Below, piece after piece: positions 12,157-25,767 of a DNA stretch of 35,146 nucleotides. The first letter of the stretch is position 1. Each line of letters opens with the position of its first letter. The translations under genes and the position numbers were made by a program. The notes below the pieces were generated by a model. That model was not told the DNA's origin and ran no database searches. It saw only the letters and a list, made by a program, of their open reading frames with translations. This DNA is from Priapulus caudatus (lineage: Eukaryota), in NCBI RefSeq assembly GCF_000485595.1, contig NW_014577080.1, positions 106,225 to 141,370 of the forward strand, in the 5' to 3' direction.

Positions 12157-15100
12157 GTGGGGGTGAAGTAGCCGTTTTGCACCATACAGGCTAGGGCGCT
12201 CTCCTAACACATAAACACATGTGTACTGATAGCAATTAATTACATAAATCTATGCTACCAGATACTCCCCTAAGACTTAGGTAAAATGCAGCCATTCATC
12301 CAAAATACATCTCCTCTGGCAATATATTGCGGCATGCGTCAACACAGTAACGTAACCACATTATNNNNNNNNNNNNNNNNNNNNNNNNNNNNNNNNNNNN
12401 NNNNNNNNNNNNNNNNNNNNNNNNNNNNNNNNNNNNNNNNNNNNNNNNNNNNNNNNNNNNNNNNNNNNNNNNNNNNNNNNNNNNNNNNNNNNNNNNNNNN
12501 NNNNNNNNNNNNNNNNNNNNNNNNNNNNNNNNNNNNNNNNNNNNNNNNNNNNNNNNNNNNNNNNNNNNNNNNNNNNNNNNNNNNNNNNNNNNNNNNNNNN
12601 NNNNNNNNNNNNNNNNNNNNNNNNNNNNNNNNNNNNNNNNNNNNNNNNNNNNNNNNNNNNNNNNNNNNNNNNNNNNNNTGTAGGCCCGGGCCTACAGTGC
12701 TACATACTGGCTACGCCCCCTGGCGGCAGAAGTAGAATTAGGCTGAGCGATGGACAGGGGAGAGAAGGGGATGTACGGGAGGGGTGACGTAGCCGTTTTG
12801 CACCCTGCAGGCTAGGGCGCTCTGCTAATTATAAACACAGGTGTACTGATAACAATTAAATACATAAATCGATGCTGAGATCCCCCTAACTATATTAAAT
12901 GCATATTCATAAAAAAATATAGCTCTTCTGGTAAGATATTGTGCAAGCGTCAACACGCAAACGTAGCCAGATTATGTACTGACTGGCATATGCAGAGGGC
13001 ACCTTACATGCAAGGTCTTCTTCCTATGGTTAAGGGATGTCTACTGACATAATGTTATTATATTAATCCATGCTAGAATAACACCTCTTTATTTTAAATG
13101 CATAATCTTTGCAAAATGTGATTTTTCTTGGGCGATATTGCGCATGCGCGAGCACCGGTTCAGACGTACAGTTCGGACTAAAGAAAACTGCATAATATAG
13201 TTTGCTGTGAGCGAGAGGGGTAAAAGACTGAGGAAAAGCGACAGGGAAGATAGCCGAGGGGCGGCAGAAGTAGAATTAGGCTGAGCGATGGACAGGGGAG
13301 AGAAGGGGATGTACGGGAGGGGTGACGTAACCGTTTTGCACCCTGCAGGCTAGGGCGCTCTGCTAATTATAAACACAGGTGTACTGATAACAATTAAATA
13401 CATAAATCGATGCTGAGATACCCCTAACTATATTAAATGCATATTCATAAAAAAATATAGCTCCTCTGGTAAGATATTGTGCATGCATAAACACACTAAC
13501 GAAACCAGATTATGTACTGACTGGCATATGCAGAGGGCACCTTACATGCAAGGTCTTCTTCCTATGTCTTAAGTGATGTCTACTGATAGAATGTTATCAT
13601 AGAAATCCATGCTAGGATAACTCCTCTACATTTTAAATGCATAATCTTTGCAAAATGTGATTTTTCTCAAGAGATATTGCGCATGCGCGAGCAAAGTTTC
13701 AGACGTACAGTTCGGACTAAAAAAACTGCATAAGGTAGCTTGCTATAGGAGAGAGGGGCAAGAGACCGAGGAAAGGCGGCAGGGAAGATAGCTGAGGAGG
13801 TGTAGAATAAGAATTAGTCTGAGCGATGGACAGGGGAGAGAAGGGGAAGTACGGGAGGGGGTGAAGTAGAAGTNNNNNNNNNNNNNNNNNNNNNNNNNNN
13901 NNNNNNNNNNNNNNNNNNNNNNNNNNNNNNNNNNNNNNNNNNNNNNNNNNNNNNNNNNNNNNNNNNNNNNNNNNNNNNNNNNNNNNNNNNNNNNNNNNNN
14001 NNNNNNNNNNNNNNNNNNNNNNNNNNNNNNNNNNNNNNNNNNNNNNNNNNNNNNNNNNNNNNNNNNNNNNNNNNNNNNNNNNNNNNNNNNNNNNNNNNNN
14101 NNNNNNNNNNNNNNNNNNNNNNNNNNNNNNNNNNNNNNNNNNNNNNNNNNNNNNNNNNNNNNNNNNNNNNNNNNNNNNNNNNNNNNNNNNNNNNNNNNNN
14201 NNNNNNNNNNNNNNNNNNNNNNNNNNNNNNNNNNNNNNNNNNNNNNNNNNNNNNNNNNNNNNNNNNNNNNNNNNNNNNNNNNNGGATAGGGCGCTCTCCT
14301 ACTCATAAACACAGGCGAAGTGATAACAATTAATTACAAAAATCTATGCTGAGATACCCCCTACCCATATTAAATGCATATTTATGAAAAAATATAGCTC
14401 CGTTGGTAAGATATTGTACATGCGTCAACACACTAACGTACACAGATTATGTACTGACTGGCATATGCAGAAGGCACCTTACATTAAAGGTCTTCTTCCT
14501 ATGTATTTGATGCATAGTGATGTCTACTGATAGAATGTTATCATATAAATCCATGCTGGGATAACTCCTCTACATTTTAAATGCATAATCTTTGCAAAAT
14601 GTGATTTTTCTTGGAAGATATTGCGCATGCGCAAGCACCGTATCAGGCGTACAGTTCGGACTAAAGAAAACTGCATAAGATAGCTTGCTATGGGAGAAAG
14701 GGGTAAGAGACCGAGGAAAGGGGACAGAGAAGATAGCTGAGAAGGGGTAGAAGAAGAATTAGGCTGAGCGATGGACAGGGGAGCCAAGGGGAAGTACGGG
14801 AGGGGGTGAAGCAGCCGTTTCGCACCCTAACGGATAGGGCGCTCTCCTAATCATAAACACAGGCGTACTGATAACAATTAATTACAAAAATCTATGCTGA
14901 GATACCCCCTAACCATATTAAATGCATATTTATCAAAAAATATAGCTCCGTTGGTAAGATATTATACATGCGTCAACACACTAACGTACACAGATTATGT
15001 ACTGACTGGCATATGCAGAGGGCACTTTAGATAAAAGGTCTTCTTCCTATGTCTTAAGTGATGTCTACTGATAGAATGTTATAATATAAATCCATGCTAG

Positions 15101-17245
15101 GATAACTCCTCTACATTTTAAATGCATAATCTTTGCAAAATGTGATTTTTCTTGGGAGATATTGCGCATGCGCAAGCACCGTTTTAGGCGTACAGTTCGG
15201 ACTAAAGAAAACTGCATAAGATAGCTTGCTATGGGAGAAAGGGGTAAGAGACCGAGGAAAGGCGACAGAGAAGATAACTGAGGAGGGGTAGAAGAAGAAT
15301 TAGGCTGAGCGATGGACAGGGGAGCCAAGCGGAAGTACGGGAGGGGGTGAAGCAGCCGTTTTGCACCCTACAGGCTAGGGCGCTCTCTTAATCATAAACA
15401 CAGGTATACTTATAACAATTAATTACAAAAATCTATGCTGAGATACTCCTTAACCATATTAAATGCATATTCATACAAAAATATAGCTTATTTGGTAAGA
15501 TATTGTTCATGCGTCAATACACTAACGTACACAGATTATGTACTGACTGGAATATGCAGAGGGCACCTTACATGAAAGGTCTTCTTCCTATGTCTTAAGT
15601 GATGTCTACTGATAGAATGTTATCATAGAAACCCATGCTAGGATAACTCCTCTACAATTTAAATGCATAATTTTTGCAAAATGTGATTTTTCTCAGGAGA
15701 TATTGCGCATGCGCGAGCACCGTTTCATGCGTACAGTTCGGACTAAAGAAAACTGCATAATATAGCTTGCTGTGGGAGTGAGAGGCAAGAGACTGAGGAA
15801 AAGCGGCAGGGAAGATAGCCGAGTGGCTGTAGAAGTAGAATTAGGCTGAGCGAGGGACAGGGGAGCCAAGGGGAAGTACGGGAGGGGCGAAGTAGCCGTT
15901 TTGCACCCTACAGGTTAGGGCGCTCTGCTAATTATAAACACAGGTGTACTGATAACAATTAATTAAAAAAATCTATGCTGAGATACCCCCTAACCATATT
16001 AAATGCATATTTATCAAAAAATATAGCTCCGTTGGTAAGATATTGTACATGCGTCAACACACTAACGTACACAGATTATGAACTGACTGGCATATGCAGA
16101 GGGCACCTTACATTAAAGGTCTTCTTTCTATGTCTTAAGTGATGTCTAATGATAGAATGTTATCATATAAATCCATGCTGGGATAACACCTCTACATTTT
16201 AAATGCATAATCTTTGGAAAATTAGATTTTTCTCGGGAGTCATTGCGCATGCGCGAACACCGTTTCAAATACAGTTCGAACTAAAAAAAACTGCATAATA
16301 TAGCTTGCTATGGGAGAGAGGGGTAAGAGACCGAGGAAAGGCGGCAGGGAAGATAGCCGAGGGGCGGTAGAAGTAGAATTAGGCTGAGCGATGGACAGGG
16401 GAGATCGAGAAGGGAAAGTACGGGAGGGGTGAAGTAGCTATTTTGCACCCTACAGGATAGGGCGCTCTCCTAATTATAAACACAGGCGTACTGATAACAA
16501 TTAATTACAAAAATCTATGCTGAGATACCCCCTAACCATATTAAATGCATATTCATCAAAAAATATAGCTCATCTGGTAAGATATTGTGCATGCATCAAC
16601 ACACTAACGTAACCAGATTATGTACTGACTGGCATATGCAGAGGGCACCTTACATGAATGGTATTCTTCCTATGTCTTAAGTGATGTCTATTGATAGAAT
16701 GTTATCATATAAATCCATGCTAGGATAACTCCTCTACAATTTAAATGCATAATCTTTGCAAAATGTGATTTTTTTCAGGAGATATTGCGCATGCGCGAGC
16801 ACCGTTTTATGCGTACAGTTCGGACTAAAGAAAACTGCATAATACAGCTTGCTGTGGGGGAGAGGGGCAAGAGACTAAGGAAAAGCGGCAGGGAAGATAG
16901 CTGAGGGGCCGTAGAAGTAGAATTAGGCTGAGCGATCGACAGAGGAAAGAAGGGGAAGTACGGGAGTGGGTGAAGTAGCCGTTTTGCACCCTACAGGATA
17001 TAGGGCGCTCTGTTAATTATGAACACAGGTGTACTGATAACAATTGATTACATAAATCTATGCTGAGATACGCCCTAACCATATTAAATGCATATTCATA
17101 AAAAACTAGCTCTTCTGGTAAGATATTGTGCAAGCGTCAACACGCTAACGTAGCCAGATTATGTACTGACTGGCATATGCAGAGGGCACCTTACATGCAA
17201 GGTCTTCTTACTATGTCTTAAGGGATGTCTACTGATAGAATGTTA
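12157..17245. repeat. ~540-bp satellite array (about 8 visible monomers, two N gaps)
   Basis: Same monomer and orientation: noisy part 12157-12364, clean parts ~12720-13873 and 14284-17245. Confidence 0.96.
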
Positions 17246-19228
17246 TCTATATAATAATTTGAGTAGTGTCGTTCTGTTTGTTCCTGCATAACTTCTAGGC
17301 GCGTGTACGAATCCGGCTGAAAATTTTCGTGCTTCATTCCTACGCATCAGGTTCGATTCTAACACTTTGCTTTTTGTCATTTATTGGGTTATATGTTTAA
17401 AAAACCATATTTAGAAAATATAATGGAAAATCTCCCTGGAAAACATGCACGATTCAGTTCACTTCCGCTAGGTGCGCTGGCTACATCAGTACAATTCCCG
17501 CTAGGCGGGGCCGCTGGCTGGTGTAGACTTAACAAACTATCCGGCAACACAGTAAGGATATCATGTAGTCTTGTCGCGTTTAACCTGCAGTGGATTGCCT
17601 AGGGCACACTGCGCTGCGCTTGCGGAATTCAAGTTACCTTTCTCACCTGCACGCTCGCACTCATCCGGATAATCTTATCTATCAAATTCTATCTATTTGT
17701 GCTATCTCATCTATCGTATTCTAGTATATATATGTTATATATTTCTATCTTATCATTCTTAAATGTACTAAACCTGTTGACCATTGAACCTTTGGGTGTA
17801 AAGACACTCAAAATCATCAAGTAGCAGGGTTCCACCCCCCCTTAAGGTCCACCTTCTGGACAGCACGTATAAGTTTTCTACCTTCTAAACGGTTCGCATA
17901 AAATTATCGAGGCCGACCAGACAAGGACACACAACGCAGCGCGCTCATTATCGCGCACTGATCGCTGACGTCTACTACACACACATAAACTACGGTGCCG
18001 AAAACAATACGTTTCACGCTACCTAGCCGTGAGGAGAATAAACCTATTAGCTGCAGAGCGTTGTGCCTACAGTTTTATCTACAAGAATCTAAAACCGCCG
18101 TTAGTTAGAAAACGACCGGCTATTGGCCAAAAGACAAATATATTGTATACGGGTTGTCGTAAGTAACCACGTTAAACATATATTAGCCCCGAATTACACA
18201 AAAGAAAAAATTTGGAATTATCAAGCTGGCACAAAGGTATATAATTTTATAAGGTTGATTATGGATATATTAAGAACTCTGACGCTTAAAATTGTTTTCA
18301 CAATAGACTCACAATTACTGCAAACTATAAATTCTCTTTATTCTAATTTAACTACAATTCATTACTTTACCAGTTCGACACTTCCGCTGTGTAGAAACTG
18401 ACGGGCAAAAGAAAACTAATCGTATAAGCAGTTTATTACAGTCGACCTCCTTTTCCGGGCATCCGTTATCACCGGAAATCTCTATTAACCGGCTCTGCAA
18501 ATCTCGCAGTGTACTGCTTCTCTGTTTTTCGTTTCATTTCCACCTAAAAAAATATCGCTCAAAAAACTCGCTTTCAAAGCTCACTCAAAACTCGCCGGAT
18601 ACCCAAACGTACCGTGTTTGTGTGTGTGTGTGTGTAGTGTGTGTGTTGTGTGGGGTGTGTGTTTTAGGCCTGGTGTGTAGTCGTGTGCGCGGCGCGCTTG
18701 TGTGTGTGTGGTTGTTCCCGCTCGTGTCCGCTATGGCCTCCGGCGTAAATTTCATTTTATTTCCATTTCATATTAACCATAACACGACAGTTTTGTTACA
18801 ATAATCTAGCAACGAGTAACTAAACATTATTCACATGCAGTAACCCTACCGAACTGCCATAGAAATGCTGTCGCTCTGAGCATAACTCTCATAATCCGGC
18901 TAAATCCCATACCGGGATGGTGCACGGTCGCGACGTGGCCGCGATAAAAGAGGTCGACGTGTGAATTATATTAGCCTTAATTAAAGAGAAAAAAACAAGG
19001 GATTAGAATGGGTGTCACAAAGTGTTTTATATAGAACATTGAAAGTATACCGGGACAGAAATGTTATATTAGTACGAAGATCACTTGTTATATTGTCTTC
19101 GTTATCAAGTCAATATTATTACGAAAAGACTTACTATGTAATCGGCCGCGGGATTTAAAGAATATCATCCGTCCAGTCTCATCAGCGTAACGAACGATTA
19201 TGGCGCCGGGAGAGGGGCCATTTTCGAA
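17246..19228 (+). mobile_element. Probable non-autonomous Helitron inserted at an A|T in a satellite monomer
   Basis: The satellite sequence tgtta|tcata is split with no target duplication. The insert starts TCTATATAATAA and has a GC-rich hairpin atggcgcc-gggaga-ggggccat (19200-19221) just before its end. The terminus reads TTCGAA rather than CTAG, in noisy sequence. Confidence 0.6.
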
Positions 19229-19500
19229 TCATATTAATCCATGCTAGGATAAAACTCCTCTTCATTTTAAAATGCATGAATCTTTGGCATTAATCGTGAT
19301 TTTCTTGGGAGAATATCGCGCACATCGCGCGAGCACACGTCAGACGTACAGTTCGCGACTAAACCAAAACTGATAACTATAAGTTTTGCTGCGGAGAGAG
19401 GGGTATAAGATCGCAACTTAGAGAAAAGCGGGGAAGATAGCCTAGTCGCGCAGGTAGAAGTAGAATTCAGCTGAGCGAGGGACAGGGAGACCCAATGGGT
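19229..19500. repeat. Noisy partial satellite monomer resuming after the insertion
   Basis: tcatattaatccatgctaggata...ctgagcgagggacaggg matches the monomer from the point where it stopped at 17245. Confidence 0.85.
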
Positions 19501-20229
19501 AATTGCTGAATGTCTAGTTATAAGCAATGGATTGCTGCACTACTATGGCCTTAGACATGGGAATAATTTCGCACGCAACTTACTACAGAGGGTCCTGAAG
19601 AATTTTGATGTAGTGCACCTGTATGGATACAGGCGGCTATGTTTCGCGTTCACTACACTATCTACACGCCTGCTACGCCCAGCTCAACCCTGGCGTGTCG
19701 CAAGCCTCCTTATCGATTCAGGGCAACTGAAACTGGAGAAATGACGTTCAGGCAAAGCTCTGCTCGCTGATGGCTGATTGCGGCCCGATACAGACTCTTA
19801 CTGATTGGCCGGCAGCAACGATTTCTTGTTTCGCGAGCGAGCTAGAAGAAGCAGCGGTTACAGGCGGATGACTGGTGTAGGCGAAGCGGAACGGAACCGC
19901 CGTTCATACAGACGTAATGTCATCAACGGTGTAACGCGCCATCTGGGGACGTAACAGCGCCACTGCCGCTTAGTTTAACGGTACCTTGGAATTATAAACA
20001 CTCATGTGTTTTGGCAATAAAGCTCAATAATACTCATCCAATCATTTAAGAAATGCTCACAATATCAGTATATCTACGAATCGTTTGAGGTATTGCTTGA
20101 AATACACAATTGGCCAATTGAGTATTATTGAAATTATTCAGCTAAAACCCAAAAGGTGGGGTAACACAATCATACCCGGTTAAACTCGTTCTAGGGGGGG
20201 GGTAGGCAGTGCTGACTCACTAGCTACCA

Positions 20230-20795
20230 CATACTACTACTACTAACTACTACTACTATACTACTACTACTACTCAACTTACTTACTACTTACCAGGAAG
20301 CTAAATAATATAAGGATAATCCTCAATATTTATCTTACTCCTGCTACTATACTACTATACTACTACTGCTGCTTGCCCTGCTCGCTCCTGCTGCTCACAT
20401 CCTTGCTGCTGCTGGTATTTACGTACTAATTACTACTACTACTGCAGCTGCTGTTACTACTACTAACTACTACTACTACTCACTACTAACTACTACTACT
20501 ACTACTACTACGATATAGACCATATACTAACTACTGTTTATATTATACTACTCACTAACTACTACTTACTACTGACTTACTAGGCCTAATACTACTTACT
20601 ACTACTACACTTACTTACCTTCACTACTACTGACGAACTATCCTTACTTACTACGAGCGACTTACTACTATACTAACTACTACTGAACTACTACTACTTG
20701 ACTACTATTTACTAAGTACTACTACCACTACTACTACTACGGCACTACTACTACTATACCTGCTCGCTGCCGCTGCTTCTACTATACCTACTACT
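20230..20795. repeat. Degenerate (TAC)n/(TGC)n microsatellite
   Basis: Directly visible; irregular phase suggests read errors. Confidence 0.9.
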
Positions 20796-21340
20796 AGGTG
20801 CCGACGAGCAGCCCCCCTTCGACGATTTCGTGCTTAATGGCGACGGCGGGAAGCATAGGAAATGGGATTATCGAATGCTGCGGCCGAAGTGAAATATAGA
20901 GATAGATTTTGCACGCCAAGGTTCTTCTCGGCCAATAATTTCCTGCTCAGTTTGAATGTGCGTAAATCGGCCAAAAAATCAATTTTCCGCTGGGCAACGG
21001 CAACACGCGACCCGTCGTGCCATTTGCCTATGTACATTGTCGTATAGTAGGAGAATTGGGTGTGGCACATGCTGCGCAAAGTGAGATTCATTAGATAGGA
21101 TTTTATCATGCACATGTCGCTCGGAATATTACCGTTGCTTATTTTTAGCACGTAAGATCGGCCAAAAAAATCATTTTGGCTGGCAACGTCGACCAGCGAC
21201 GCGAGCGCTATTCCAATGTACATTAGCCGCATAAGGAAAGGGATGGGTGGCGGGGGATACCGAGAACAAAATGGAAAGTTCGTGGCCTGATTTAACCGGG
21301 AGTCATATCCAGAGCATAAGAAAGAAAGTATATATATAGA
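20793..21340 (-). mobile_element. Possible non-autonomous Helitron with ~190-bp internal repeat
   Basis: On minus it starts A|TCTATATATATAC (~21340) and ends CTAG|T (~20793). cgtaa.atcggccaaaaaatca..ttt recurs at 20961 and 21151. The 3' hairpin is not clearly resolved and the sequence is noisy. Confidence 0.35.
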
Positions 21341-21769
21341 TATTTGTATAATATTAGGTGATATATAGATATAGAATTAGATATATGATAGATGGATAGA
21401 TAGATTAGGAGTCGGATAGATAGGATAGATGAGTAGATAATAGATAGATTTAGGATAGATAGATTAATAGATATTAGATAGATTAGAAATAGATAGATAG
21501 ATGGGATTATAATTTACGAGATAAACTGTACACAGGTATCACATACACACAAGCACAGCACGACCCCAACACACAACACAGCACACACACACGGATTACA
21601 CGACTCACACCACTACACCTAACACGCGGTACGCACACCGCGCACACACGACACGCACACGCACACGCACGACGCACACGCCACACAGCACACGCACCAC
21701 GCACACCACGCACCCGCACACGCACACTACACGCACCGCAACACGCGCGACGGACACAACACAAAACAC

Positions 21770-21815
<46 letters not shown>

Positions 21816-22157
21816 ATACTATAATGATATATGGTATGGTGTTGTTGTTTGTGATATTAGATGTACGAAATTATGACACGAGTGGCGCGAAGAGAGAGAG
21901 GCGGGGGGAAGTGAGAGAGACAAGAGAGAGAGAGTAGAGCAGGAGGAGACGAGAGGGAGAGAGCAGAGAGAGAAGAGAGAGAGGAGAGAGAAACCTACTT
22001 GAAAGAGCAGAGCCGAGAGTGAGGAGATGTGAGGAGCTGAGGCGATGAGAGTTTAGATGATGAAAGAGAAACGAGAGAGACAGAGAAAAGACGAGAGATG
22101 GAGATGAGCAGGAGGACGAAGAGACGAAGAGAGAGAGAGAGAGAGAGAGGAGAGATA
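21330..22157. repeat. Microsatellite cluster: (ATAG)n, (CA/CGCA)n, (GA)n
   Basis: Tracts at ~21330-21505, 21540-21812 and 21890-22157. Confidence 0.9.
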
Positions 22158-23165
22158 CAGAGGATTTGTTTATGCAAGAGCAGATGACATAGAATTGTTA
22201 TTATAAAGGAATTAATTGCAAAAACCCTTGCTTCTACAGCAAGGAGCAAAATAGACGGGCAATCCGAACCACCCTACGTACGTATTCTATTCGGTAGACT
22301 CAACGCTTCTTAAAATGGCCAGGGATTGATCTACAAAAAATCAGCGCTGCAATTTCTTAATGATTGATCATATGTGAATATTCGCTTATAAATTGCTATT
22401 ATTTTATTGTTGGCGTTCCCATTCTGTCTGTCAAGAGGGTAGTTCCAGCGATTATGTGGAGTAAATGCTTTCAGAAAGAATCACGCTATGTAGGCACGCG
22501 CATTTAGAGGTTTCCTGAAGAAAAATAATACTTGATACCAACCAGTTCGCAGCGAAATTTGCGGGGAACGTACACACCCACGCCACGCACAGCACGCACG
22601 CGGACGCGGAATCAGCGCGCAACAACGCACACCTACCTATGCATGACGACGCACACGCAGGCCGAGCATGCCATATGACGATCGTTGACACGGAAAATGG
22701 CTAACATATATTACTTGTGACACTATTAGCTATCTGTCATCGTTCATTATTGTCACACTGGCAATAAATTGTTTGCCAGTCGCTTCAGCTGTTATTTACA
22801 TAGGTCAAACACTCTCCCCAACACTAACCTCTTGCAATGCCCAAACTGCGCACCCACGCGGCACACGGACGTATTCAGTTTATTGCAGGCGATTTCACAA
22901 CGAACTTAGATGGCTGGTATTAATCGACTCCGGCTGGCGTCGCGGATAACCCACGCCAAAACTTTCGGGAAGCAGATATTAAATTTTTATTTAGATATGC
23001 ACCACGCTCGACAATATTTGGAGCGGCACGTAAACGACAGCACTATGCGTCTCACTGCGCCACAAGTCAAGGGATTCTACTATGCTCACGTACACACTAC
23101 CCGGCGCCATAGCGCGTGTTTCCATGTTAGCGGGCACGAGCATGCTACCGGACGGGTAGCACCAG

Positions 23166-24499
23166 ATGCAGAACGCCTAGGTCATACAATGCGCGAACCA
23201 TGAGTGCGAGCGACTACCTTCGATGAGGACTGCAGCCAGGCATGAATTCTCTCGCGCAGAGAAGACATCGGTTGCACGAGGTAACATATCCTGACCGACT
23301 CACGTTATGCATTTCTCATTCCCATGCCGGGCTCGCTCTATCGGCCAGGACGCGGCGTAATGTGTCTGCAACCGGATCGTGCTGCGCAGCAGCGCGTTCG
23401 CTTCTCTAACGGCCTGACTATCTTTCTGTCCGGGCTGACATGGGCCGTCGCCGACTAGTCGTGCAGTCGTGAGATCTACGATGCCGGCCAGATCTTTGTC
23501 GATCTCTTCTGCGGAACTTACCTCCTTCGCTTAATATCACCCTCACTACGCTTCAATCATTGGCGATAGGAGCTCTGTCAAACTATCGAGCACGTTTCAC
23601 TGCGACAGTGGATTGATGATGGTCCGTACGTCTTCCTCGTGCGAGGTGCTATAGCGTTGAACCCTATGACCTGCAACAAGCTAACCCTGCGTCACGGCAT
23701 AGGCGTATACGTGACGTCTCGTCGCATAATGTCAATCGCCGGGAATTGCCTACCGCCACGCCGGAGTTGCAGGCACCAGCTTCACGAGTTACGAAACATG
23801 TAACGGAAAATCCGACTCGGTAGTTTGTCGCTGCTACAGATTATCGACAAGGACGCTTACTACCGCGCCGTCGATACACCGACTAATGACCCGTCGGGTG
23901 TTTGTGTTGTGATAACCTTTCGTATCTTCTGTTATTACTTCACAACACTTCGAATGTTAGTTATGATACTTCTGGTAAAGCGTCGCGGCACTGCGTCGAA
24001 GGATTTAGCGTGCACGCACACCGAAAACGCAGCAAAACGAGACGAAAGTGGACGTTCTCGTTTGTTGACCATCACCGCTCTCGTTATTTGCTGTCGAGAC
24101 TTCCCGCGACTGTGGGTTCGAGATGTTCCACGCGTTCACGGACACAAACTGGCGCGGCATGTTTCTGAAAGGCCGGACATGGACGATCATAAGACCGATG
24201 CTCGACTGGACGCTTTCAGGAACTATGCGCACGTCAAGTACGTCAATTGATGTTCGGCTTTCCTTCTACCATCATTAGGCCGCTGTCCGATAAATTGCAT
24301 ATTTATTCTGTCCTTGGTCAAGCACCACGGTTTCGCAGGGATAATTATAAGGGAAATGTTCTTGGACGATGGTGGATATCAGCGAATCGCCCAGTAATAG
24401 AAATGTCGCCGAAGAAAGCGAAAATGACGCACATCTGCAGCTGAAGCCGCAGCGTGGCCTATCGGCTGAAACATCTCGACAATAACTGTGAGGCTATAA
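23166..24499 (+). pseudogene. Indel-riddled second copy of the GPCR ORF (probably an uncorrected-read assembly artefact rather than a true pseudogene)
   Basis: Colinear with 26719-27948 from ATGCAGAACG to GTGAGGCTATA, with dense 1-2 nt indels. Flanks 22170-23165 and 24500-24577 match 25769-26718 and 27949-28020. Confidence 0.6.
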
Positions 24500-24602
24500 G
24501 CTTGCATCATTGATGAACAGCTTAGATTGTGCGTAACTGGCCGATATATATATATATATATATATCTCATATATATANNNNNNNNNNNNNNNNNNNNNNN
24601 NN

Positions 24603-25767
24603 GCGTACAGTTCGGACTAAAGAAAACTGCATAATATAGCTTGCTGTGGGAGTGAGAGGCAAGAGACTGAGGAAAAGCGGCAGGGAAGATAGCCGAGTGG
24701 CGGTAGAAGTAGAATTAGTCTGAGCGATGGACAGGGGAGAGAAGGGGATGTACGGGAGGGGGCGAAGTAGCCGTTTTGCACCCTACAGGATAGGGCGCTC
24801 TCCTAATCATAAACACAGGCGTACTGATAACAATTAATTTTAAAAAATCTATGCTGAGATACCCCCTAACCATATTAAATGCATATTTATCAAAAAATAT
24901 AGCTCAGGTGGTAAGATATTGTACATGTATCAACACACTAACTTACACAGATTATGGACTTACTGGCATATGCAGAGGGCACCTTACATGAAAGGTCTTC
25001 TTCCTATGTCTTAAGTGATGTCTATTGATAGAATGTTATCATATAAATCCATGCTGTGATAACACCTCTACATTTTAAATGCATAATCTTTGCAAAATTT
25101 GATTTTTTTCGGGAGTCATTGCGCATGCGCGAACACCGTTTTAAATACAGTTCGAACTAAAAAAAACTGCATAATATAGCTTGCTATGGGAGAGAGGGGT
25201 AAGAGACCGAGGAAAGGCGATAGGGAAGATAGCTGAGGAGGGGTAGAAGAAGAATTAGGCTGAGCGATAAACAGGGGAGCCAAGGGGAAGTACGGGAGGG
25301 GGGGAAGCAGCCGTTTTGCACCCTAACGGATAGGACGCTCTCCTAATCATAAACACAGGCGTACTGATAACAATTAAATACAAAAATCTATGCTGAGATA
25401 CCCCCTAACCATAATAAATGCATATTTATCAAAAAATATAGCTCCGTTGGTAAGATATTGTACATGCGTAAACACACTAACGTACACAGATTATGTACTG
25501 ACTGGCATATGCAGAGGGCACATTACATTAAAGGTCTTCTTCCTATGTCTTAAGTGATGTCTACTGATAGAATGTTATCATATAAATCCATGCTGGGATC
25601 ACACCTCTACATTTTAAAGGCATAATTTTTTCAAAATTTGATTTTTCTCGGGAGTCATTGCGCATGCGCGAACACCGCTTCAAATACAATTCGGACTAAA
25701 AACTGCATAATATAGCTTGCTATGGGAGAGAGGGGTAGGAGACCGAGGAAAGGCGACAGGGAAGATA
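24603..25767. repeat. ~540-bp satellite array, ~2.2 monomers, about 950 bp upstream of the GPCR ATG
   Basis: Same monomer sequence and orientation as the other arrays. Confidence 0.96.

Noticed and set aside
3529..14312. Long ORFs spanning N runs (3529-4422, 12286-12735, 13743-14312)
   Set aside because: They are open only because of the gaps.
14524..15328. Two near-identical 87-aa minus-strand ORFs
   Set aside because: They are chance ORFs in adjacent satellite monomers; other monomers have indels that break them.
7926..17245. Hammerhead ribozyme in the satellite
   Set aside because: CTGAGGA occurs in some monomers, but I could not find stem II/GAAA/stem III pairing around it; a covariance-model search would settle it.
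4477..19950. Scattered CTCF-like motifs (~4477, 11852, 12714, 19936)
   Set aside because: Short partial matches, some in noisy or gap-edge sequence; not distinguishable from chance without binding data.
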